Positions 10,055-19,900 of a stretch of DNA of 64,000 bases are shown here, piece by piece; within the stretch, counting starts at the first letter, position 1, and every line of letters starts with the position of its first letter. The DNA is from an uncultured Mycoplasmatota bacterium. Its GTDB lineage: Bacteria > Bacillota_I > Bacilli_A > RF39 > UBA660. The stretch is from the NCBI GenBank assembly GCA_948467605.1, contig CAOKET010000001.1, positions 1,721 to 65,720 of the forward strand, in the 5' to 3' direction. The notes beneath the pieces are model-generated. The model worked only from the letters and a program-made list of their open reading frames with translations. It was not told where the DNA came from and ran no database searches. A program made the position numbers and the translations under genes.

Positions 10055-10807
10055 ATGTTGGTTGATACACATTGTCATCTACAAGATGATAAGTTAATTG
10101 ATAACATAGATGAAGTAGTTAATTCTGCTCTTAACAATGATGTTAAAATTATGATAGTAAATGGTTATGATACTAAAAGTAATATTTCAGCAATAAGTTT
10201 AAGTAAGACTTACGGACCAATATATGCCGCAGTTGGATATCATCCAACTGAACAAGATGATGTTGATATTGAATATTTAGAATCTGTTATAAATTTAGAT
10301 AAAGTTGTTGCTATTGGGGAAATAGGTTTAGATTACTATTATACTAAAGATAATAGAGAGCAACAAATAGAAAAATTTGTTAAGCAGTTGGATTTTGCCG
10401 TTAAATATAATAAACCAGTTATTATTCATAATAGAAATGCAACTGATGATATGTATCATATATTAAAAAAATATAAGGGCAAAATAAGAGGAATAATTCA
10501 TTGTTTTTCTGGCAGTATTGAAACTGCTAATATGTTTATCGAACTTGGTTTCTTGCTTGGTATAGGAGGGGTTATTACTTTTAAAAAAAGTAATTTAAGT
10601 GAAGTTATTAAAAATATTTCTCTAAGCAATATAGTACTAGAAACAGATAGTCCATATTTAACTCCAGAGCCATATAGAAAATATTTAAATGAACCTAAGT
10701 ATGTTGCTCAAGTTGCAAAGTATTTATCAAATCTATATGATACTGATACTGTATCTAGTGTAACTACTAAAAACGCTTTAGAATTATTTGGGATTTCAAA
10801 ATACTAA
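10055..10807 (+). CDS. tatD: TatD family DNase (YabD)
   Basis: DTHCHL, AIGEIGLDYY, IIHNR, HCFSG, LETDSPY. Confidence 0.95.
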   Translation: MLVDTHCHLQDDKLIDNIDEVVNSALNNDVKIMIVNGYDTKSNISAISLSKTYGPIYAAVGYHPTEQDDVDIEYLESVINLDKVVAIGEIGLDYYYTKDNREQQIEKFVKQLDFAVKYNKPVIIHNRNATDDMYHILKKYKGKIRGIIHCFSGSIETANMFIELGFLLGIGGVITFKKSNLSEVIKNISLSNIVLETDSPYLTPEPYRKYLNEPKYVAQVAKYLSNLYDTDTVSSVTTKNALELFGISKY

Positions 10808-10825
10808 TTATTATTTTATGGATAT

Positions 10826-10854
10826 TTGACTATTATTTTATAAAATGTTATAAT
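10826..10854 (+). promoter_or_regulatory. sigmaA promoter
   Basis: TTGACT-N17-TATAAT with TG extension. Confidence 0.75.
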
Positions 10855-10883
10855 TTCTTTGGCCATTTGAAATGGAGGAAATT

Positions 10884-11534
10884 ATGAAATTTATAAGATT
10901 AGTTGCGTGTAACCGTGCGTTTATGATATCTTTTTCAATAATAATTAGTTTTTTATTATTTTCGCCTATTATTGATATAGATTTATCAATGGATGATATA
11001 GATTTACAATCTATGGCGATGCTTACTAAAAGTGTTGATTTGGAAGAACATCAACAAGAAAAATATACTTATAATAAAGAATCGATTGAGGTATGTTCAA
11101 CTAGTAGCGTAAAAACTTATATGAGTTATAAATCTATTACTACAAAAAGTAGTGCACAATATAGATATATACACAATAATATGTATGTTGATTCAGATAC
11201 AGGCCTTTTAAGGCATAAAGAACATCCTGAATATATTGGTGTTGCGCTAGGAACTTATTATGGTAAAGTTGGCTCTATGTATGAATTTACATTAGATAAT
11301 GGAAAAGTATTGAAGGTAGTAAAAGTTGATGTTAAGAGTGATTCTCACACATATAATGGATGTTATCATAGACAAGATGGTTCAGTTATTGAACTTGTTA
11401 TAGATCCTGTAGTCGCTAAGCAATATTATGGTACAGGAAGTAATGGATATATATTAAATGGTAATTTTAATAACAGTCCAGATTTTTATGGAAAAATAGC
11501 AAGTGTAAAAAAGGTTACAGTAATTAATAATTAA
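10884..11534 (+). CDS. Membrane-anchored protein with probable double-psi-beta-barrel (3D/RlpA-like) domain
   Basis: N-terminal TM; YIGVALGTYYG-KVG...VVKVDVK...SVIELVID pattern; occupies the yabE position after tatD. Confidence 0.5.
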   Translation: MKFIRLVACNRAFMISFSIIISFLLFSPIIDIDLSMDDIDLQSMAMLTKSVDLEEHQQEKYTYNKESIEVCSTSSVKTYMSYKSITTKSSAQYRYIHNNMYVDSDTGLLRHKEHPEYIGVALGTYYGKVGSMYEFTLDNGKVLKVVKVDVKSDSHTYNGCYHRQDGSVIELVIDPVVAKQYYGTGSNGYILNGNFNNSPDFYGKIASVKKVTVINN

Positions 11535-11536
11535 AT

Positions 11537-11569
11537 AAAAAACACATTTTTTAATAATAATGTGTTTTT
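11537..11569. terminator. Bidirectional terminator
   Basis: AAAAACACATT...AATGTGTTTTT between convergent genes. Confidence 0.75.
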
Positions 11570-11957
11570 AAATATCTATGGGTTGTAGAAATTCTAAGCC
11601 AGGTATATTTCTCAATATCATATATAATACTAATGTAATTGATATTATTAGTATTATTTTTTTTGATGGTATATATAACTTTTCATTTTTAAAATATAAT
11701 ATTAAATTATATAGTAAATAAATAATAAGAATAATTAGTAATATAAACATTAGTTGATTATATCTAAATGCCTTATAAAATTCAAATTTAAAAATTGATT
11801 TTAACATTCTTGTTGTTCCACATCCTGGACAATATATATTAAACATTTTTTTATATATACATTCAAAATTTATTATATCTAATATCTTAATGGTAATTGT
11901 TGTTGTTAATAGTATTATTATGATGGATGGTATTGATATTATTAGTTTTTTCTTCAT
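11568..11957 (-). CDS. DUF2752 membrane protein
   Basis: C...YCPGCGTTR motif, AFRYN, C-terminal ILRN. Confidence 0.85.
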   Translation of the reverse strand: MKKKLIISIPSIIIILLTTTITIKILDIINFECIYKKMFNIYCPGCGTTRMLKSIFKFEFYKAFRYNQLMFILLIILIIYLLYNLILYFKNEKLYIPSKKIILIISITLVLYMILRNIPGLEFLQPIDI

Positions 11958-11986
11958 AAAATTAAAAAACTATGAATTATCATAGT

Positions 11987-12394
11987 TTAGTAATAGTATG
12001 TAGAGTATGAGGCACTTTCAAATATAGATGCTAGTATGCCCATTGACATGAATATTACAAATAGTATAACAAATAATGAACTTAATATTATACCTGCAAT
12101 AGCAAGCCCTTTGCCATCTCCATCATAATTTTTAGCACTAACTAAACCGACTATAGAGAATATAAGTCCTAAGAATGATGTACTACCACAACATAATAAA
12201 GATACCAAAGATATAACAAATCCAGCAATAGCCATACCATTAGTTTTATGTTTTGGAGTTACTATAGTTTGATTTACCTGTACTGTTCCTGTAGTAGTAT
12301 TTTCTTTGCTTTCTACTATTGTTTTTCCACAACCACTACATGTAGTAGCATTTTCCTCTAATTCTTTTCCACAACTTGAACAAAATTTTGGCAT
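11987..12394 (-). CDS. Zinc-ribbon plus DUF4190 membrane protein
   Basis: FCSSCG...CSGCG; TNGMAIAGFVISL, GKGLAIAGIIL. Confidence 0.85.
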   Translation of the reverse strand: MPKFCSSCGKELEENATTCSGCGKTIVESKENTTTGTVQVNQTIVTPKHKTNGMAIAGFVISLVSLLCCGSTSFLGLIFSIVGLVSAKNYDGDGKGLAIAGIILSSLFVILFVIFMSMGILASIFESASYSTYYY

Positions 12395-12553
12395 TTTTTT
12401 CACTTCCTTTGATATAAATATAACAATTAATAGTTTTTATGTCAATTTATAAAGTTAAAAATATAAAAATTTTTATATCCATAATAATTATATAAATGTG
12501 TTGTTTAAAATATTACTTTGTGATATTTTACTTTTCATATTGGAGGATGTTTT

Positions 12554-13384
12554 ATGACATTATTTGAAGAAACAGTTTTGGATTTAAAGTCTTCGGGCTG
12601 TATTAAGGAATTATATAGATTTCAAGGTGGAAATAGTCTTGAATTTTTTGATATAGAAAATAATGGATTTAAATCTGGTGCAATGGAGAAATATTTTTAT
12701 TTTTCAAAGTCATTTGACCATCATAAACATTTTGTGGTTAAACGTCTTGGGCAATTTATTAATGATACGATTTTGGTAGATAGTTCATATTCGATATGTT
12801 ATACGCAATTACAAAATCCTAATTCATATAGTCATATTAGAAATTTAGTTATTAATTCTGATAAGATAAATGCTTTATATGGTATTAAATTAGTATGCAA
12901 TTCTACTTATTATGATTTAATTCGTGAAAACAGTTGTTATTCAAATAGAAAAATATGTAGTACATCTGTTGAGAGAGTTGATCAGCGTACATATGAAGGA
13001 GGATATGGTGTTACAGAGGAGTGGTTTTTATTATTGGATGTTTTAACAATATTCAGTTGTTATCATAGAATTACTAGAGAAAATATTTTGGAACTTATAG
13101 TTAATATGAGAAATAATTTGCATGTTTTTTCTAAAGATAACGCTACTTTTCTTTATTATAATAGTAATTGTAGAATAAATCCAAAGATATATGATGATTA
13201 TGCTAAATATGACATTATGAATTGGTTAGAAAGTATAATAGATAGAAAAAATTGTCTTCCTACTAGTAGATTATATATAAAACCAACAGAGACTATAAGA
13301 GAAGTTATTAGTGAATATCAAAAAACTAGAGAAAAAGTATTAAAATTATTAGACGATAAATATAGTAAACATTTAAGTAGATAA
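12554..13384 (+). CDS. Orphan cytoplasmic protein
   Basis: 276-aa ORF, GGAGG RBS, own upstream promoter-like region; no family recognised. Confidence 0.8.
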   Translation: MTLFEETVLDLKSSGCIKELYRFQGGNSLEFFDIENNGFKSGAMEKYFYFSKSFDHHKHFVVKRLGQFINDTILVDSSYSICYTQLQNPNSYSHIRNLVINSDKINALYGIKLVCNSTYYDLIRENSCYSNRKICSTSVERVDQRTYEGGYGVTEEWFLLLDVLTIFSCYHRITRENILELIVNMRNNLHVFSKDNATFLYYNSNCRINPKIYDDYAKYDIMNWLESIIDRKNCLPTSRLYIKPTETIREVISEYQKTREKVLKLLDDKYSKHLSR

Positions 13385-13446
13385 AATCTAATTATTAGTA
13401 ATTTATTTCTATTAAATTTAAATTAACTATGTTATAATAAAATTAG

Positions 13447-13899
13447 GTGGTAAAAGTGTTTTATGTGAAGTATAAGGAAATAACAAGGAATTTTAATTTT
13501 TCAAATGTTTTAAAAGTATCAGAGTTGCCTGGTTATATTAAACATTATGTATTAGAAGATGAACAGATTTTAACAGCATATAAAACTTCTAGAGATCATG
13601 GAGTTTTTACTGATAAAAAGATAGTTTTGTTTGATAGTTATAGTAGATTTGGAATGCGTAAGCAAATGTATACAATTCCATATAAATCTATATCTACAAT
13701 TTCTGTTATATTTGAGGAAACAACAGCAGAATTACATTTGTTTTTGGATTGTGGATATCCTGTTAAGTTAAAGTTTATAAATGTTGAACCAAGAGATAAG
13801 GTTAGATTACGTATTTTATATACATGTATTAGTAGAGTTATTGGCAATCAAGAATTAGATAAAAAAGATGTTAAAAGATTAATAATTGATGAAATTTAG
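13447..13899 (+). CDS. Bacterial PH domain protein (start uncertain)
   Basis: RDHGVFTDKKIVLFD...TIPYKSISTISV. Confidence 0.75.
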   Translation: MVKVFYVKYKEITRNFNFSNVLKVSELPGYIKHYVLEDEQILTAYKTSRDHGVFTDKKIVLFDSYSRFGMRKQMYTIPYKSISTISVIFEETTAELHLFLDCGYPVKLKFINVEPRDKVRLRILYTCISRVIGNQELDKKDVKRLIIDEI

Positions 13900-13924
13900 T
13901 AAGTAATTTTAGGGAGGTTTTAAA

Positions 13925-14785
13925 ATGTCAAGAGGAACAAAAGGAGATATTTATACTAAAGAAATAATAACAAGAATATTAGAAGAAGGGTGTTTAGATA
14001 TTAATCCTAGACCAAAGTATAAGGATGGTACACCAGCTCATACTTTAAGTGTTAATCATGGAATGTGTACTTATGATTTAACTAAGGGAGAAAGCCCATT
14101 AATTACACTTAGACCTATAGCGATAAAGAGTTCAATTGGAGAACTTTTGTGGATATATCAAGATCAGTCAAATAATTTAGATGTTTTAGCAGAAAAGTAT
14201 GGTGTTAATTGGTGGGATGAATGGGATATAGGTAATAGAGCAATTGGTACATGCTATGGCGAAACATTTAGACGACATTATTCTATGATAGATTTTTTAA
14301 ACAGTCTTAAAAATGACCCTGATGGTAGACGACATATAATTGATTTGTGGCAAGTAGATGATTTTAAAGAAAAACATGGATTGAAACCTTGTGCATTTTT
14401 ATCTATATGGAATGTCCGACATGGTAGGGATGGAATTGATTATTTAGATATGTGTTTGATTCAACGTTCAAGTGATTTTTTAACTGCAGGGTGTATTAAT
14501 CAAGTTCAATATTTAGTTTTTCTTTGTTTAATAGCAAGGCATTGTGGCTATACTGCTGGTAGATTTACTTGGTTTTATGATAACATCCAAATTTATGATA
14601 GGCATATTAAACAAGCAAAAGAATTGTTAGAAAGAGAACCAATTGAGTGTGAACCAAAAATATGGATTAATCCTGAAAAAACAGATTTTTATGATTTTGT
14701 ACAAGATGATGTTAAAATAGAGAATTATCCAAGACAACTAATAAAGGAGAAAAATCCACAAATGAAATTTGATTTGGGAATATAA
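13925..14785 (+). CDS. thyA: Thymidylate synthase
   Basis: ELLWIYQ, PDGRRHII, LKPCAF catalytic Cys, QRSSDF, QIYDRH. Confidence 0.95.
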   Translation: MSRGTKGDIYTKEIITRILEEGCLDINPRPKYKDGTPAHTLSVNHGMCTYDLTKGESPLITLRPIAIKSSIGELLWIYQDQSNNLDVLAEKYGVNWWDEWDIGNRAIGTCYGETFRRHYSMIDFLNSLKNDPDGRRHIIDLWQVDDFKEKHGLKPCAFLSIWNVRHGRDGIDYLDMCLIQRSSDFLTAGCINQVQYLVFLCLIARHCGYTAGRFTWFYDNIQIYDRHIKQAKELLEREPIECEPKIWINPEKTDFYDFVQDDVKIENYPRQLIKEKNPQMKFDLGI

Positions 14786-14798
14786 ATTGGAGGGATTA

Positions 14799-15437
14799 AT
14801 GTTAGATAATATTGAGTGGTTAGGACATAGTACTATAAAATTTAATTTTAGTGATAAGATTATTTATATAGATCCATATAATATTTTAAAAAATTATAAT
14901 GATGCTGATGTGATATTTATAACTCATAGTCATTATGATAATTTTTCTAGTGAAGATATTGATAAAGTAAGAAAAGAAAATACTAAGATAATAATAACTC
15001 CTGATATATACAATGATGTATTAGATTTAGGTTTTAATCAAGAAAATATTGTTCAGGTAAATCCAAACTATAATTACTGTGTAGATGATATAAAGTTTTC
15101 CACAGTTCCTTCTTATAATGTGGATAAGTGTTTTCATTCTAAAAGTAATAATTGGGTTGGTTATATCATCGATATAAATAATACAAAATATTATATTGCA
15201 GGTGATACTGATATAACAGATGAGAGCAAAGATGTAAAATGTGATGTTGCATTTCTTCCAGTAGGAGGTACTTATACCATGGATTATAGGGAAGCCGCAA
15301 CTTTGGCTAATATAATTAAGCCAAAAATAGTAGTACCTATACACTATGGATATTTAGTAGGTACTAAGGAAGATGCATTAAATTTTAAGAAATTATTGGA
15401 TAAGTCTATTATATGTGAATTTATACAAGAAATATAG
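14799..15437 (+). CDS. Metallo-beta-lactamase fold hydrolase (UlaG/YtkL-like)
   Basis: WLGHS, IDPY, THSHYDN, AGDT, PIHYG; ATG after GGAGGG. Confidence 0.88.
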   Translation: MLDNIEWLGHSTIKFNFSDKIIYIDPYNILKNYNDADVIFITHSHYDNFSSEDIDKVRKENTKIIITPDIYNDVLDLGFNQENIVQVNPNYNYCVDDIKFSTVPSYNVDKCFHSKSNNWVGYIIDINNTKYYIAGDTDITDESKDVKCDVAFLPVGGTYTMDYREAATLANIIKPKIVVPIHYGYLVGTKEDALNFKKLLDKSIICEFIQEI

Positions 15438-15455
15438 ATTTTAGTTTTAATATTA

Positions 15456-15484
15456 TTGACATTTGAATAGTTAATATTTATACT
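15456..15484 (+). promoter_or_regulatory. sigmaA promoter
   Basis: TTGACA-N17-TATACT. Confidence 0.75.
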
Positions 15485-15510
15485 TATTTTAATAGGGAGG
15501 TTTTTAGTTA

Positions 15511-16164
15511 ATGACAAATTTAGGAATATTACAAATTCAGCAGAAAAGAGAAAAGTTTAAAGAAGAAATAAGAAAATTATGTAAACAATACGAATTTTAT
15601 AATAATTTTCATTTTACTAAGGGATTAGGGGCTGCTATATCTCATTTGATTACTAAAATTGAAGGAAAAGAGTATGTGTGTGGCGTAGTAGATTCTACTA
15701 TTATTGAACATGGGGAAGATGTATTTGTTAAACCAGATTATCCACCAATGGATTTATATTTATTAGATGGTGCAGGGATTAATGATATGAATAGAAAATA
15801 TGGACATCATGTTAAAAAAACAATACCAGAAGAAAAAATTCGATATTTTGTACTTATAGAAAAGTCAAAACTTGAATCTATTAATCATAAGTTTATAGAT
15901 AAATCACATATAGAAAGTGTCTTAAAAAAAGAGGCACAGGTATATGCAGAGTACTTTGGAGTTATTGATATTCAATTATTTGCAAAGTATCCTTATTTGC
16001 ACAAATTCTTTCATTTATTAAATGAATGGCGTTTGAAAACTGGTAAGCCTACATTAGATCAGGATGTTATTGATGAAAGTGTTGATAATGTATTAGAATT
16101 ATTAGATGAAAATATTACTGGTAGTAAGGTTATGAATAAAACAGGAAAAAATTACAGGGGATAA
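15511..16164 (+). CDS. Orphan cytoplasmic protein
   Basis: 217-aa ORF with GGGAGG RBS, own promoter and terminator; no family recognised. Confidence 0.8.
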   Translation: MTNLGILQIQQKREKFKEEIRKLCKQYEFYNNFHFTKGLGAAISHLITKIEGKEYVCGVVDSTIIEHGEDVFVKPDYPPMDLYLLDGAGINDMNRKYGHHVKKTIPEEKIRYFVLIEKSKLESINHKFIDKSHIESVLKKEAQVYAEYFGVIDIQLFAKYPYLHKFFHLLNEWRLKTGKPTLDQDVIDESVDNVLELLDENITGSKVMNKTGKNYRG

Positions 16165-16179
16165 ATCCTCTGTTTTTTT
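16147..16179. terminator. Terminator between convergent genes
   Basis: ACAGGGGA-taaa-TCCTCTGT plus T tract. Confidence 0.65.
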
Positions 16180-16735
16180 ATTGAAATATTTCTTCAAACC
16201 ATTTTTTAGCATTAATAAGTAATTCATCTAAAGTAAAATCACTTTGATCTCTAAAATACTTTATTATTTGAAATATTAGTCCATCTACAAAAAAGTTAAT
16301 ATCTAATTCTAAATATTTATTATTTTTTTCTGTGTCTTTAATTGCAGAATATAATTTTTGATTCGATAGTTTTCTTAATTTTTCTAAAAAGAATAGTGTT
16401 TCATTAGATGATAGAAGCATTCTATAAATCCTCTCATTTTTCTTTAAACAAGTAAATACATCGTTAAAATAGTGAAATATATCTTCTTTTTTATATGGAC
16501 CTTTGTTGTTATCATTAATAAGTAATTCTATTGTTTCTAATTGATAGTCATTAGCAACATCATATATATCATCATAATGAGTATAAAAGGTACTTCTTGT
16601 AATATCTGCTCTTTTTACAAGTTCTGTTACTGTAATTTTACGAAGTTCTTTTTTTTCATTCATTAATTCTGCAAAAACTCTTTTAATTAATTTTCTGGTT
16701 TTCTTTGAAGATGAATTTAATCCTTGTACTTTCAT
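16178..16735 (-). CDS. TetR/AcrR family regulator
   Basis: KITVTELVKRADITRSTFYTHYDDIYD HTH; divergent from MMPL gene. Confidence 0.93.
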   Translation of the reverse strand: MKVQGLNSSSKKTRKLIKRVFAELMNEKKELRKITVTELVKRADITRSTFYTHYDDIYDVANDYQLETIELLINDNNKGPYKKEDIFHYFNDVFTCLKKNERIYRMLLSSNETLFFLEKLRKLSNQKLYSAIKDTEKNNKYLELDINFFVDGLIFQIIKYFRDQSDFTLDELLINAKKWFEEIFQ

Positions 16736-16811
16736 ATTGACCTCCGAGTAATAAAAATTATATCATATGGATATTACAAAAACAATTAAAATTTATACAT
16801 ATATAACTGTT

Positions 16812-16829
16812 ATGTCCAAATTTAGACAT
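16812..16829. promoter_or_regulatory. Candidate TetR operator
   Basis: Near-perfect palindrome ATGTCCAAATTTAGACAT in the tetR/MMPL divergent region. Confidence 0.55.
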
Positions 16830-16937
16830 TTTTTTTAAATTTATTCTACAACTTAAGTAATTTCTAGCGTATATTATATCGAATGTACGGGCTACTTAAA
16901 AGATAGCCATGTAAATTTTAAGGAAGGTGAATTAATT

Positions 16938-19900
16938 TTGAGGAAAATTGCAGATTTTGTTGTTGAAAAAAGACGATTTATACTAACAATATTTATAATA
17001 TTTTCTGTAATTGCAGTAATACTTAGATCTCACGTAAATATCAATTATGATATAGCAAAATACTTACCATCTACATCAGAAACAAGAATTGGTATGGATA
17101 TTATGGAGAGTGAATTTGAAGAAACTGAGAGTTCATTTAACTTGATGTTTAAAGGTTTAAAAGAAGTAGAGAAGGATAAAATATATAATGAGTTAAAGGG
17201 CATTAATGGAGTAAGTTCTATTGATTATGATAAGACTTCTGACTATAATAAGAATAATGCGACATTATATATAGTTAATGTTGGGGACTCTAAAGATTCT
17301 AAGTTAGCAACTGATGTTTTTAATGAAATAACAGAAAAGTATAATGAATATGATATTTATACAAGTGGTGATATTTCACAGAGAAATGCACCAGTGCTTA
17401 AATTTTGGATTATTGTACTTGCAGTATTGTGTGCACTTGTAATATTAATAATTATGTGTGAATCATACATTGAACCATTCTTGTTTTTAACTGCAATACT
17501 AATGGGAGTTTTGTTAAATTCTGGTACAAATATTATATTTAGTAATGTATCATATATTACAAATTCAATATGTGCGATACTTCAAATGGCATTATCTATG
17601 GACTATTCAATAATGCTTATGAATAGGTATAGACAAGAAAGAGAGCATGAAGAAAATAAATCAACTGCGATGAAAAATACTTTAAGGAATGCGTTCTTAT
17701 CTATATCAAGTAGTTCAGTTACAACAATAGTTGGATTATTAGTATTAGTGTTTATGAGTTTTAGAATAGGACGTGATTTAGGATTTGTATTAGCAAAAGG
17801 GGTACTATTTAGTTTAATTTGTATATTACTAGTTTTATCTGCACTTATACTTATGTTTGATAAGTTGATTAGTAAAACAAAAAAGAAATGTCCAAATATA
17901 AGATTAAATAAACTAGGTAAACTAATTTATAGGTTTAGATATATAGCAATACCATTTTTCATAATTATATTATTATTTAGTTATTTTGAAAAAGGTAATT
18001 TAGGTATTTTATATACTAGTAAACAAGATGATGAAATATCAAAAGTATTTGCTGAGAACAACCAAATAGCAATAATATATAAAAATAAAGATGAAGAAAA
18101 AGTTTCTAAACATTTAAAGCAACTTGAATCTATGAAAAAAATTGATTTAGTTTTGGGCTATAGTAACACAATTAATGAGAAATTAAAATATAATGAATTA
18201 AATTTAAAATTAAATGATTTATCCTCTGATGTTTCAGTTGATGATTACTTATTAAAGATTATTTACTATAATTATTATAATAAAGATGAAAATAACAAAA
18301 TGTCATTTAATGAGTTTGTATCGTTTATTAAGAATGATGTATATAGTAATCAAAATATAAGTGAAAAAATAGATAATGAAACAAAAAGTAATATTGATAG
18401 ATTAGAAAATTTTACTAATGGTGTTAAAGTTAATTCAAAGAGAAATTTAAATGATATATCTAATATTCTTGGCATAGATGATAAAAAAATATATGATATA
18501 TTGACTTACTATAATTCTAAACATAATAATTTAGTTTTAGGAATGAATGACTTTATATCATTTATGAAGAGTGATGTATTAACTAATAACACATATTCTA
18601 GCGGAATATCATCATCATCTAAATCAAGTTTAAATATGTTATCAAATTTCTCAACTAAGGATAAGTTTAATGCTAAAATGTCTAGTAATGAACTAGCAAA
18701 CTTATTTGGTATAGATGAAGAAAAAATGGAGCAATTATACACATATTATATAAATGTTGGTGATATAAGTACAAAACTTACACTTCAAGAGTTTTCATCA
18801 TTTGTATTAAATAATGTTATTACTAATGACCAATATTCTTCGCTTTTTGATGAGGTAACTATTAATAGTATTAAAACATTAAATACATTTAGTAATAAAA
18901 ATATTATTGAGAAAGATATGAATAGTACTCAATTATCTAGTATGTTTGGTATAAGTGAAGACATTATAAAGCAATTAATGTTATTAAAATATAGTAATCA
19001 AGATAATGGTACAAAATTAAGTATATTGGAATTTATTAATTATGTGACATATATTAAGAATAATACATCATACTTAGATAATATCGATTTAAGTAGCATA
19101 GATAATTTAAAATTATATGTTGATACATTAGATGAGAAAAGTAAAAATACTAAACTAACTGCAACAGAGTTATCCACATTAGTTGGTATTGATAGTACTC
19201 AATTATATAGTTTATATGCATTAATAGATTTAGTACAAGGTAATACAAATAATTGGGTAATGTCTCCAAATGAATTAGTTAGTTTAATATTAAATAATGA
19301 AAGTATTAAAAATACTATTGATGCTTCTACATTGGGACAATTAACATTACTTTCTACAATAATGGATAGTACTTTAAATAATATTTCATATACATACAGT
19401 GAATTATCAAATTTTATAGGATTAGATGTAATTAGTAGTAGAAATATATATACTTTATATATAATGTCAAATACAGGTGTTAAAATATCTTCATATGATT
19501 TTGTTAATTTTGTATTAAATCATTCATCTGATTCTGCATTATCTGGTAACTTTGATAAGAATACATTAGATAAATTAAAATTATTACAATTAGTCATGAA
19601 TGATGTTAATAATAATAAAAAGTATAATAGTAGTGAACTTAGTAAATTACTTGGAATTGATAAAAGTAGTTTGGATCTTATTTATGGATTATATATATCT
19701 AAAAGTAATAATACAACAATATCATTAAAAGAATTAGTTTCATTTTTAGTTACTGATATGATGAAAAATGAAAGTTTTAAAGATAACTTTGATCAGGATT
19801 CAAGAACTAAGATTAATACAATAAATCAAATTATTAATTCATCTTCTAATAATGTTTTATATACAAAAGATGAACTATATGATATTGCTAGTAAACTAAG

